Notes under the pieces: model-generated
Seen by the model: the letters and a program-made list of their open reading frames with translations, nothing else
What the model was told of the DNA's origin: nothing
The model's database searches: none
Shown: one piece after another, positions 47,921 through 56,736 of the stretch
Layout: every line of letters starts with the position of its first letter
How positions within the stretch are numbered: position 1 is the stretch's first letter
Origin: Limisphaerales bacterium
GTDB taxonomy: Bacteria; Verrucomicrobiota; Verrucomicrobiia; Limisphaerales; JAEYXS01
Length of the DNA stretch: 64,000 nucleotides
NCBI GenBank assembly: GCA_965283725.1
Contig: CBDIPT010000009.1
Span: forward strand, 96,938-160,937
Reading direction: 5' to 3'
Program-made: the position numbers and the translations under genes

Positions 47921-48100
47921 TCTCCCTCTCCCCTCAACGGGGAGAGGGCTGGGGTGAGGGGTGAGTCGTAGCAAACGCGTGAGTTCCCAAGTAAATGTCC
48001 AAGTTTTCCTGGAGGTAACATTGGACGCCCTGTGTTTCGGCTCACTCCTCACCCAGTTCCGCTTGAGGCGGAACTGACCTCTCCTCGTTTAGAGGAGAGG
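47921..48100. repeat. inverted pair of ~48-nt GC-rich hairpin repeats (MITE-like configuration)
   Basis: The left copy (47921-47968) is tctccctctcccctcaacggggagagggctggggtgaggggtgagtcg. An inverted copy at 48037-48100 carries an extra gttccgc/gcggaac hairpin. A solo copy lies at 62305-62350. Confidence 0.7.
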
Positions 48101-48425
48101 TAACATTTCACCCGTTTTCCGCGTTTTCTCTCATGAAATACTCATGAAGGGCTCTAGGATTTAATAAGAGCATGCCCTGAAAGGTTTTCAGCCGATAAGT
48201 GATAGATGCAACCCGTTCCGGGTAGTGTCTTCTAGTTCACCTTTCCCAGCGTAGCCATGCTCCTGCGTCGCACAGCAACATTGGGCTGATTGATTTTGCC
48301 CTTTCAGGGCAGGAAATACTGATCGCTCGAACTCCCTTTACAGGTGGGGTGACATGAGAGAAATTGCTGTCTGAAGTTTTCCCACTGAAACAGGCATCGG
48401 TAAATCTGCCGGTGGGGTTTCAACT

Positions 48426-49784
48426 ATGGCTGAGGAGGAGAAAATACCCGAAAAGAAGGGCGGCAAGCTCCGCTGGTGGCTTTGGTCTTTGGGGTTAGTT
48501 ATTCTTGGCGGGGTAACCATCGGTATGTTGGCGGCGGTGGTGATGGGTACGTTTGAGCCTAAGTATTCCGACAAGCCGATGAGTTACTGGATCTCCGAGT
48601 TGAACGGGACCAATTACATCCGGCGTGAGATCGCGGCGGATGCACTGGCGCGGATCGGCGAACCAGCGATCGATCCCTTAGTGGGAGCATTGCGCAAGGA
48701 GCGCTCTTTCGGCCTGACTTTGCGGGAAAAACTCTGGCTCAAGGTGCCGCTGAAATGGCAAGCCAAGATACCCCGCCCATGGGGGGCGGATGTGATGCAG
48801 TATAATGCCTTGATCGGTCTGGCGGCGATGGGAACGAATGCTGCCCGGGTGGCGCCGGATGTCATCCTTATCTTCACGAATAACTCACCTGCCTTGACCA
48901 GCCGGGCGGCGTTTGCGTTGAACCGGATGGGATCGAATGCGTATCCGGCATTGTTGAATGGCACGAAATCTACGAACACATTCACGGCTGAGCAGTGCCG
49001 GTATATCTTAACTCAGGCGAGAGTAGATATTCCCTTCACACCGGAGATGACCAAGGGTTTGGAAGGAACACTACTTGCCTTTCAGGTGAGCAACAGTCAG
49101 TTGATGACGCTGGCTGCTTCCCTCCAGTATGCTAAAGGCAAGGCTACCCAGCTATTGGCGATTTATCTGGAACACAAACGGCCAGAAGTGTGCCTGCGGG
49201 CGGCTATTCTATCAGCCAATCTGGGGGTTTCCAGTCAGCGCATCGCGGATCTGCTGATACAAGATCTGGAGAATGCGAAGGCGGAATACTATGATGAACG
49301 GGTTTCCCTGCTGAATGGCCAGCGAGCCTATCTCCAAAATCATCAGGAGAAGATAGTGAAGCTGGCGGCAGCGGATGATTTGGTGGTCGCTGCCCAATTT
49401 GTGCAACTGGCAGATCAGCATCTAGGGCGGTCCGACCTTTTCTGGAACGTATTGGGGCGCTTGCTGGCGGAGGATAAAAAATGGAATTGGAATAATGCCG
49501 CTCAACTCCTCAGCCGACATAAGATGGAACTACGGGACCAAAAGGAAGCTGTTCCCGTCTTTTCCCAATTGCTGAAGAGCCGGGAGACGCCGGTGTTGCT
49601 GCACACATTGGTGCAGTTGCAGCGCGGAGCGAGCGTGCTATGGCCACTGCGTCCAGAGGTGGAAAAAGTGTCCGCCGAGATAGCGCAGGATGCGAAGTTG
49701 AAAATGCTGCAAAGTATTTCCAATCTGGCGATCCAAGCGTTAAAGCGGGAGGAAATCAAAGCGAAGGCGGCGGAGGCACCATGA
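48426..49784 (+). CDS. membrane-anchored HEAT-repeat protein
   Basis: N-terminal TM 'WWLWSLGLVILGGVTIGMLAAVV' and PBS-lyase-type HEAT repeats ('REIAADALARIGEPAIDPLVGAL'). Confidence 0.75.
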   Translation: MAEEEKIPEKKGGKLRWWLWSLGLVILGGVTIGMLAAVVMGTFEPKYSDKPMSYWISELNGTNYIRREIAADALARIGEPAIDPLVGALRKERSFGLTLREKLWLKVPLKWQAKIPRPWGADVMQYNALIGLAAMGTNAARVAPDVILIFTNNSPALTSRAAFALNRMGSNAYPALLNGTKSTNTFTAEQCRYILTQARVDIPFTPEMTKGLEGTLLAFQVSNSQLMTLAASLQYAKGKATQLLAIYLEHKRPEVCLRAAILSANLGVSSQRIADLLIQDLENAKAEYYDERVSLLNGQRAYLQNHQEKIVKLAAADDLVVAAQFVQLADQHLGRSDLFWNVLGRLLAEDKKWNWNNAAQLLSRHKMELRDQKEAVPVFSQLLKSRETPVLLHTLVQLQRGASVLWPLRPEVEKVSAEIAQDAKLKMLQSISNLAIQALKREEIKAKAAEAP

Positions 49785-50173
49785 AGCGGGTTGTTCATTG
49801 TTTGTTGCTCTTGTTTCTGGTCGCCATTTCAGGATGCACATCGGTGCCGGTGTCTTCAGGTTCCGCGAAGGTGAGCCATAGGTATGTGGGGCAGAAAGAA
49901 GGGGATAGTGTTTATCTGGTGGATATTCAGGGGCACACTTTTGAGCATAAATCATCTACGGGCGGGATAAGATTCATGCAGGACAGGAAGCATCATCTGG
50001 TGATGGTGCAAGTGGGGTTAGGCAGAGGGACCTATGCGGGGTTTGAGATCGGGCATATTTACCATATCAGCCATTCTGGTAAGGTGAACTATTGTGGGCA
50101 AATGCAACTGGGCTGGTATGAAGATGAGACATGGGTGGAGACGGGGTTGGCCGGCTTTGAAGGGATGAAATGA
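49781..50173 (+). CDS. small lipoprotein, unknown function
   Basis: Lipobox 'LVAISGC'. The ATG overlaps the upstream stop codon (ATGA at 49781-49784). Confidence 0.65.
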   Translation: MKRVVHCLLLLFLVAISGCTSVPVSSGSAKVSHRYVGQKEGDSVYLVDIQGHTFEHKSSTGGIRFMQDRKHHLVMVQVGLGRGTYAGFEIGHIYHISHSGKVNYCGQMQLGWYEDETWVETGLAGFEGMK

Positions 50174-50252
50174 TCTGGCTTTGGTCAGGACGGCAAAGGC
50201 GAGGCGGGAGATATGATTGTGTAGTGACCTGACTATCGATGTATGGAATCAG

Positions 50253-50337
50253 GCGTCACTGACGTGACGCTGTCCGGAAGGCTTCACCCGGCGGCTTGAA
50301 AAGCCGCCGCTAGGAATCTTTCGTGCCTAACGGCACG
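50253..50337. repeat. three consecutive short GC-rich hairpins
   Basis: gcgtcac-tgac-gtgacgc (50253-50270), ggcggctt-gaa-aagccgcc (about 50290-50308) and cgtgcc-taac-ggcacg (50322-50337). Confidence 0.6.
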
Positions 50338-50425
50338 GGGAATATGTCTGGCAGAGGCTGGTATTGCTTTGCTGGGCTTTTGTAGCAGACGCAGCTCACA
50401 AAGTGGACCTGATCAAAAATCATCA

Positions 50426-50592
50426 TCTCCCTCTCCGCCAGCGGTAGCTGGGGGAGAGAGTTAGGGGAGAGGTGGTGCCTGCCCCTGATCTCCTCTTTTT
50501 CCGCCATCAGGAAAACACGCCACTTATCTGTTATTCTTTGGCTCAAGCCCCCTCTCCCCGGCCCTCGTCCCCCGACGCCGGGGGCGAGGGAG
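50426..50592. repeat. diverged copies of the tctccctctcc.../...ggggagag hairpin repeat family
   Basis: 50426-50475 is tctccctctccgccagcggtagctgggggagagagttaggggagaggtg. 50562-50590 is ccctcgtcccc-cgacgcc-gggggcgaggg. Confidence 0.55.
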
Positions 50593-50617
50593 GTTTACCG
50601 CAAAATACTTTCACCAA

Positions 50618-51277
50618 CTATTTCTTCTCGGTCAGCAGCTTGGGCTTGAGCGTTTTGGCGATGGGCTCGTTGCCGGGGCCATCGGGATGCACGCCGTCTT
50701 TCAGGAGGCTTGTGTCCGGCACTACGCCGAAGAGGCTCACGTAATCGCACTTCTCTTCCTTGGCCAATTTTTCAAACGCCGCGCCGAGTTCTTTCAATTT
50801 GCCTTCGCGTTCATTGGCGATGGGTTTCGTCGCCACGAGCGCGCTCTTGTTGATGTTGGATGGGCCGACGAGGAGAATGGGCAGACTGGCTCCGTAGGCT
50901 TCGCGTCCTTTCGTGATCATCGCGCGCACGTTCTTCACGGCTTTGGGCGCGCACTGGTCCGTGATGTCCCGCGAATCATTCATCCCCAGCAAGATCACCA
51001 GTTGGTCCGCCTGCTTGTGTTTCAATAGCATTGTGTCGAACTCCTTTACGGAATCCGTCGGGCGCCCGCCTTTGCCCTCATTCAGCAACGTGGCTTTGCC
51101 CGCGAGCTCTTTCTCGATCCGTGCGACCCACAATTGGTCCTTCTGCTCCTTCGGCAACGCACCGCCTTGCGTGATGGAATCCCCAAAGAGAATGATGGTC
51201 TTTGGTTCCGCAGCGGGGGAACTGGCGGCGCTGGCGAACAAGGCCAGCGTGCAAAGAAGGAATAAGCGGCGTGTCAT
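50618..51277 (-). CDS. secreted SGNH/GDSL hydrolase
   Basis: Signal peptide from the internal ATG at 51277. Motifs 'ILFGDSITQGG', 'LLGMNDS' and 'DGVHPDGPG'. Confidence 0.8.
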   Translation of the reverse strand: MTRRLFLLCTLALFASAASSPAAEPKTIILFGDSITQGGALPKEQKDQLWVARIEKELAGKATLLNEGKGGRPTDSVKEFDTMLLKHKQADQLVILLGMNDSRDITDQCAPKAVKNVRAMITKGREAYGASLPILLVGPSNINKSALVATKPIANEREGKLKELGAAFEKLAKEEKCDYVSLFGVVPDTSLLKDGVHPDGPGNEPIAKTLKPKLLTEKK

Positions 51278-51338
51278 GGCCTTGAAAAGTATGGAGGATA
51301 AGTTGAATTGCATGGAGCAGTATTTAGAGGGTACGTGG

Positions 51339-51635
51339 CTATTCGTAAATCTTACCCATGTACAGGATATCCGCACACCGTTTCCACGGGTTCTCCGGCT
51401 TTTGATAAAATTGCAGCCCGTTTTGGGATGCGGCTCCCCATGCGGTGGCGGCATCGAGGAACGCTTCGATAGTCCCATTCTCCCAGCCGTTCGCTCCTGC
51501 ACCATAAGGTGATGATGGCTTTTTCTTTTCTTTCGCTACCTCATCCTCCCGATCAGCCTTTAAGGCGGAGAGAAATTCGAGAAATGTTCTTTCGTCGCAT
51601 ACCGCATCACGCTTTGATTCGAGGTCTGAGGTCAT
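51339..51635 (-). CDS. small conserved hypothetical protein
   Basis: 98-aa ORF. 'GWENGTIEAFLDAATAW...WKRCADILYMGKIYE' resembles a recurrent small-protein family of unknown function. Confidence 0.6.
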   Translation of the reverse strand: MTSDLESKRDAVCDERTFLEFLSALKADREDEVAKEKKKPSSPYGAGANGWENGTIEAFLDAATAWGAASQNGLQFYQKPENPWKRCADILYMGKIYE

Positions 51636-51698
51636 TGGATGAACTGTTAAGTCGATAATTAATTCCCGCCGATGTGAATCCGTAGTTATGATAGCGGT

Positions 51699-52397
51699 CT
51701 AGTCCTTTGTCGCTTCATTTCCGATAATTTCATTTAGACGATAGGTATATGCTAGATGGAGAAACTCTGCTGCCGTTTTGACGGGCCGGTCATTGATAAG
51801 AAACAGGCTTTCGCCTTGGAATTTCCGAGCTGGATCATCGCGGCCTGTGCCACGCATCAGGATTCCACCCTGAGAATCATAGCGGAATATCCAATAACGA
51901 TTGGAATTGCTGTTGCTGTAATCCGACCAAACAGGGTTGCCTTGGGCATCCAGCCAGTGGTGTTCCTTGAAGCCGTTTCCATAATGGAAATGTTTGCCAC
52001 GCAACCGGCCATCTGGCAGCCATTCAAACTCAGGGCCATAAAACACCTGGCTAGCATCGGTGAATAGTCGTTTAGCTTCGCCGGCTAGTCGGGATCCATC
52101 CAATAGATAGAATGCGGTGTAGCGTTTGTTGCTGGCTTGGGCAGCTGTGAAGGAAGTGACAGCTGTGTCGTTCTTGTCTGTTCTCCTGATAGAGAGATGG
52201 TAGGAGAGGCCATTGTTCGTGAGTCCTTGTGGCCAGTTTTTCTGATCCAGCCAACGGGCGTCGTTTATAGGCCGGATATTTGAGGGTGGCGCCACCGGAG
52301 GCTGGATGTTTCTTAATGCAGCGCGTGATCCTTGGGTACTGCAGCCTGTGCAGGCCAGCCAACCAAAGCCGAAGATAAGCAACAGGAGAAATTTCAT
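51699..52397 (-). CDS. lipoprotein, unknown function
   Basis: Lipobox 'GWLACTGC'. Confidence 0.7.
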   Translation of the reverse strand: MKFLLLLIFGFGWLACTGCSTQGSRAALRNIQPPVAPPSNIRPINDARWLDQKNWPQGLTNNGLSYHLSIRRTDKNDTAVTSFTAAQASNKRYTAFYLLDGSRLAGEAKRLFTDASQVFYGPEFEWLPDGRLRGKHFHYGNGFKEHHWLDAQGNPVWSDYSNSNSNRYWIFRYDSQGGILMRGTGRDDPARKFQGESLFLINDRPVKTAAEFLHLAYTYRLNEIIGNEATKD

Positions 52398-52483
52398 GGC
52401 GTTCCTTTTCCAGTCATCAGGGCGGCGAGAAAAGTTTGTTCATCATATGCCGCATTGCGCTTTGATTCGAGGCCGGAATCCAT
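52394..52483 (-). other. 29-codon upstream ORF, a truncated homolog of the 5' end of 51339-51635
   Basis: 'MDSGLESKRNAAYDEQTFLAAL...' compared with 'MTSDLESKRDAVCDERTFLEFLSAL'. Its TGA overlaps the lipoprotein ATG (ATGA at 52394-52397). Confidence 0.45.
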
Positions 52484-52600
52484 AAAGCCCAACTTTTAAT
52501 GAATTTTGTCCGAGAATAACGGGGAATAGCGAGGCTAAAGCTAACGCAAGGGTGGAAAACGTGCAAAGATGTTGCCAAGATGACGATAGCGATTGAACAG

Positions 52601-52754
52601 GAGAAAACAGAGAAAACAGAGGAAGCAGAGAACGGGGGGTGGGAAACATCGAACTCCGAACATCGAACGGAGAAATTAACCGTAGAGAACGCAAAGACTA
52701 CAGAAAGAACCATGGTATGTTTTTAACGATTCAACCATTTAACGATTTAACCAA
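52601..52754. repeat. cluster of short tandem duplications in an AT-richer intergenic region
   Basis: A 9-mer gagaaaaca/gagaaaaca/gaggaagca (52601-52627), aacatcgaac x2 (about 52645-52670), and a 16-mer ttaacgattcaaccat/ttaacgatttaaccaa (52723-52754). Confidence 0.7.
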
Positions 52755-52852
52755 ATCGAGGACGATGACGATGGTGGCGCATTCTTTGAATTTGCTATCT
52801 TCCGTTACCGTCTCTTTCTCGTTGCTTCTGGCAGAAAGCAGTTTTCCATAGC

Positions 52853-55801
52853 ATGAGCATGACGAAATTTCTTTTGAGCGGTCTGGCTTCCCTGACAGCG
52901 GTCGTGTCGCTGGCGGCGGCGGATGGGCCGGTGGCAGCGAAGGACGCGCTCAAGCAGTTCAAGCTGGAGAGCGGCCTGAAGCTGGAGCTTGCTGCGGCGG
53001 AACCGCAGGTGGTCAGCCCGGTGGCGGTGGCGTGGGATGAGGATGGCAAGATGTTCGTGGCCGAGAATCGCGGCTATCCCGTGGGCCCGGGCGAGGGGAA
53101 GCCGCCCGTGGGCGTCATCGCGCAACTGGAGGATACGGATGGTGATGGTTATTACGAGAAGCGCACGGTTTTCGCCGAGAGCCTGACGTTCCCAAACGGT
53201 TTGCTCCGCTGGAAGGGCGGCTGGATCGTTACTTGTGCGCCGGACATCCTTTACTTCAAGGACACGAATGGTGACGGCAAAGCGGATGTGCGCGAGGTGT
53301 GGTTCACCGGCTTCAACACCAATCAGACCACGCAACTCCGTGTGAGTCATCCGACACTTGGGCCAGATGGCTGGGTTTATCTGACCAGCGGCTTGACCGG
53401 CGGCGAGATCACCACCCCGAAGAACAAGCAGCAAGCGCCGGTGAAGTTCACGAAGAACGATTCACGCTTCAACCCGCAGACCTTTGAGTTTCAAGTGCTC
53501 GGTGGCACGGGTCAGTTCGGGCAGGCGTTTGATGCCTTTGGCCGGCGCTTCACGGTATCGAACCGCAATCCTTTGCAACAGGTGATGCTCGAGCCGCGCC
53601 ACTTGAAGCGGAACACAAATTATGCGTTCGCCGAGATGGTGCAGGACGTTGCGCCGTTTGGTGACGCGGGCAAGGTGCATCCGCTCAGCACCGACAGCAC
53701 TACGGCCTCCTTCATGCCGAGTCTCATGAGTGCGCCTCATGCGGGGACGTTCACCTCGGCCTGCGGCATCCATGTCTTCTACGGCAGCGGGATGACGCCG
53801 AAGCATGTGGGCGATGTCTTCATCTGCGAGCCCGCGCAAAATCTCGTTCAGCGCCAAATCCTTATCCGAGACGGTTCCTCGTTCCGCTCGGAAGTCGCGG
53901 ATGCCAAGACTGAGTTCCTCGCCACAGCGGATAGCTGGTTCCGCCCGGTTTACACGACGACTGGTCCCGAAGGTGCGTTGTATGTTTGCGACATGTATCG
54001 GCGAGTGGTGGACCACCCGCAGTATTTGCCCGAGAACATCCGCGCCACAGCCGACTTCGAGAGCGGCAAGGACAAGGGCCGCATCTATCGCATAGTGGGC
54101 GCAGACATTCCGCCGAAAGATTTGACCGAAGGCCGTTCATCCAAGATGGCGAAGCTGGGCACGGAGGAACTCATGTCTGCGTTGATGGCGACGAATGGTT
54201 GGGTGCGTGAGACTGCCCGACGCCGGTTGATCGAGAATCCCGAAGGCATGCGCCGTGATCTCATGCAGAAGCTTGCTCGCAAGCGCGACAATGAGTATGG
54301 CGCGGCTGCGGCCATATCGGCTTCCTTCGCCACCCGCCCGCGTGATGAGAATTTCATGCGTTCCGTGATGGCCAATTCTCTGGCTGATATCCGGGAGATC
54401 GGCTTGCAGATCGCCGAGAAGAATTTTGCGGAATCGGATTACCTCGTGGAGCCCATCAGCAAGATGGCGGATGACGCCGATCCCCGCGTGCGTTTCCAAT
54501 GTGCGCTCGCCTTGGGCGAGGGGCGGGACCTGCGCATCGTGCCGCCTCTCTTGCGCATCGCCCTGCGGGATGGGGCGGACAAATGGACCCGCGCTGCGGT
54601 GCTCAGCTCCATCGGCTCCCATGCCCCGGATCTGTACCGTGGTCTGGTGGAGGAGGGGAATCGCGGCACGGCGGTGAATCCCAGCTTGATGAAGTCCATG
54701 GGCCAGATGCTCGCGGCCGGGCAAATCCCCGAACGCACGATCTATCTGCTCAGCCTGGTGGACCCGAAAACTGAACCCGATTGGCCGATGGCTTTCTTGA
54801 GCGGCGTGGCTGAAGGCTTGCGCGGCAAGGTGAAGGGCAAGGAAAGCTCGCCCGTGCTGAACTTGGTGGCGATGGAGTCGGGTTATTCGGAAGAGGCGAA
54901 AGCGGTGGTTCACGCGTTGTTCGAGCGCGCCTTGAAGACGGTGCAAGACCCGATGGCGGATGAAGCTCAGCGCCTGTCTTCCATCGGTCTGCTGGCACAG
55001 GCTGATTACGCGCAAGCAGGCGAGCCGTTGCTGACGCTGGTCAATCCCAAGCAAACGGCCGATGTCCAGGTGGCCGTCATCCGTTCGCTCGGCCAGATGA
55101 ATGATGCCAAGATCGGCGAGGCACTCTTGAGCCGCGAACGTTGGCGCGCTTACAGCCCCGCCGTGCGTGAGGCGGTGCTGGGTATGGTCACGTCGCAAGC
55201 GCGGTTTCTGCCTGCCTTGTTGGATGCGCTGGAGGCTGGTCACGTGCCGCCGTTCGCCTTGAGCCCGGCTCGTCGCACTGGATTGACGAAGAGCAAGGAC
55301 GAGAAGATCCGCACCCGCGCCGAAGCCTTGTTCCAAAATGGTGGCGGTGGTGATCGCATGAAAATCTACGAGGAACTCAAGCCGGTGCTGGCTATGAAAC
55401 CGAACAGCCCCAGCGGGCATGAAGTCTTCAAACGCACTTGTGCCTCGTGCCACAAATTGAATGGCGAAGGCGCGAACGTCGGCCCTGATCTTACAGGCGT
55501 GCGGAATCAACCGTCGGAAGTGTTGCTCCTGCACATCATTGTGCCGGAGTACGAGATTTATCCGGCGTATCTGGCTTACGAAGTGGAAACAAAAGACGGC
55601 CAAAGCATCACGGGCTTGTTGGCGGCTGAAACGGCGAACAGCGTGACGTTGCGTCGCGCCTTGGGGCAGGAAGATACGATTCTGCGAGCGAACATCGCGT
55701 CGATGGCGTCCACGAGCCTTTCGCTCATGCCGCAGGAATTGGAAAAAACAATGACGAAGCAGGAGCTGGCGGATTTGATCGGTTATCTGAAGGGGAATTA
55801 G
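52853..55801 (+). CDS. PVC-type heme-binding CxxCH protein (membrane-bound-dehydrogenase-like N-domain + HEAT repeats + C-terminal cytochrome c domain)
   Basis: Signal peptide; 'WDEDGKMFVAENRGYP'; HEAT repeats 'DPRVRFQCALALGE'; C-terminal 'CASCHKLNGEGANVGPDLTG'. Confidence 0.8.
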   Translation: MSMTKFLLSGLASLTAVVSLAAADGPVAAKDALKQFKLESGLKLELAAAEPQVVSPVAVAWDEDGKMFVAENRGYPVGPGEGKPPVGVIAQLEDTDGDGYYEKRTVFAESLTFPNGLLRWKGGWIVTCAPDILYFKDTNGDGKADVREVWFTGFNTNQTTQLRVSHPTLGPDGWVYLTSGLTGGEITTPKNKQQAPVKFTKNDSRFNPQTFEFQVLGGTGQFGQAFDAFGRRFTVSNRNPLQQVMLEPRHLKRNTNYAFAEMVQDVAPFGDAGKVHPLSTDSTTASFMPSLMSAPHAGTFTSACGIHVFYGSGMTPKHVGDVFICEPAQNLVQRQILIRDGSSFRSEVADAKTEFLATADSWFRPVYTTTGPEGALYVCDMYRRVVDHPQYLPENIRATADFESGKDKGRIYRIVGADIPPKDLTEGRSSKMAKLGTEELMSALMATNGWVRETARRRLIENPEGMRRDLMQKLARKRDNEYGAAAAISASFATRPRDENFMRSVMANSLADIREIGLQIAEKNFAESDYLVEPISKMADDADPRVRFQCALALGEGRDLRIVPPLLRIALRDGADKWTRAAVLSSIGSHAPDLYRGLVEEGNRGTAVNPSLMKSMGQMLAAGQIPERTIYLLSLVDPKTEPDWPMAFLSGVAEGLRGKVKGKESSPVLNLVAMESGYSEEAKAVVHALFERALKTVQDPMADEAQRLSSIGLLAQADYAQAGEPLLTLVNPKQTADVQVAVIRSLGQMNDAKIGEALLSRERWRAYSPAVREAVLGMVTSQARFLPALLDALEAGHVPPFALSPARRTGLTKSKDEKIRTRAEALFQNGGGGDRMKIYEELKPVLAMKPNSPSGHEVFKRTCASCHKLNGEGANVGPDLTGVRNQPSEVLLLHIIVPEYEIYPAYLAYEVETKDGQSITGLLAAETANSVTLRRALGQEDTILRANIASMASTSLSLMPQELEKTMTKQELADLIGYLKGN

Positions 55802-55810
55802 CGAAGGGCG

Positions 55811-56410
55811 TTACTTCTTCGCGTTTATCCGCCCGGTATCCGAAAGCAGCTTGATCTTCGTATAGAAGCGCCGCATGTCCGCCTGATGTTGCACGGCGGG
55901 TTTGCGAATGAGATTGAAACCTTCCAGCGCCTGATCGCTGCACAGCGGGGGATCCGCCTGCAAGAGTTCGCCTGGTTCTAAAGAGCCACTCTCAGCGATG
56001 TAAGCTTGGAGCGGGTCCAGATAGAGCGTCGTCTGCGGGTCGGCTTGGACGGCCTCGATGAAATCCGGCAGAGTGAGATTGAACTCCGTGATGTGGCCCA
56101 TCTCCGCTTCCATTTTGGCGACGAGCCCATCGCGCAGGATAAATTGGTTGCCGAGATAATCTTGGCCAAACGGTATGTCCGTCGCGCCCATCGCCCGGTA
56201 GTAATTGTGGAAGGCATGCTCGCTCATCCAGGCACGCCGTAGCGAGTGCCACTCCGGATCCCGGCAAGCGCCGCGGATATGCAGCCCGCCGCCAAATTGG
56301 ATGAAGCCATTGACCTGCTCCAGCAAGGCCTTCAATTCAGCCGGCAGCAGATCAAACAGCTCGGGATCGTCCAACTGCGGTCCCGCGTATGTCACTTGCA
56401 ACAAATCCAT
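55811..56410 (-). CDS. hypothetical protein (possibly SMI1/KNR4-SUKH-like)
   Basis: Internal ATG at 56410. 'LPAELKALLEQVNGFIQFGGGLHIRG' resembles SUKH-family N-termini. The family call is weak. Confidence 0.4.
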   Translation of the reverse strand: MDLLQVTYAGPQLDDPELFDLLPAELKALLEQVNGFIQFGGGLHIRGACRDPEWHSLRRAWMSEHAFHNYYRAMGATDIPFGQDYLGNQFILRDGLVAKMEAEMGHITEFNLTLPDFIEAVQADPQTTLYLDPLQAYIAESGSLEPGELLQADPPLCSDQALEGFNLIRKPAVQHQADMRRFYTKIKLLSDTGRINAKK

Positions 56411-56736
56411 GGTCTCTTGGGCGCAGGCACATCCACCACTGCGCGACCCGGCCAAAAGGCATGGTCGAACCATGCCGAAATGGGTGCCTGAGTTGCCGTA
56501 ACATAGTGGGCAGGATCGGATGTGTCGAGTGCGGCCGGGCAAAAAACTGTGCTTGGGAGGCCCGTAGGCAAAAAAGGTTGAGATATCTGTTTTTAAAGGT
56601 CGAGTTTTTGCCAAGTAGTGTTAGATTTTATAGCAACCAAAACAACTAACCTGCGCCGGACGCTTTTGCTGTTCACGGCCAAGGGGTAAAGGGTGGCTTT
56701 TAGCAGCTGGGCTCTGCGCCTAACTACGGAGCAACC

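Noticed and set aside
54137-55603. 488-aa ORF on the minus strand, together with many other long antisense ORFs (for example 2640-3689, 3810-4619, 10124-10960, 12656-13417, 13521-14228, 14539-15210, 22124-22756, 27424-28176, 31765-32397, 36741-37601, 37925-38578, 39553-40143, 40734-41636, 42041-42661, 43856-44530, 46630-47793, 52805-53434, 60654-61145).
   Set aside because: Each lies fully antisense to a gene with strong domain evidence. They have Arg/His/Ala/Leu/Gly-skewed low-complexity composition and no recognisable motifs. These are typical stop-codon-poor shadow ORFs of high-GC DNA.
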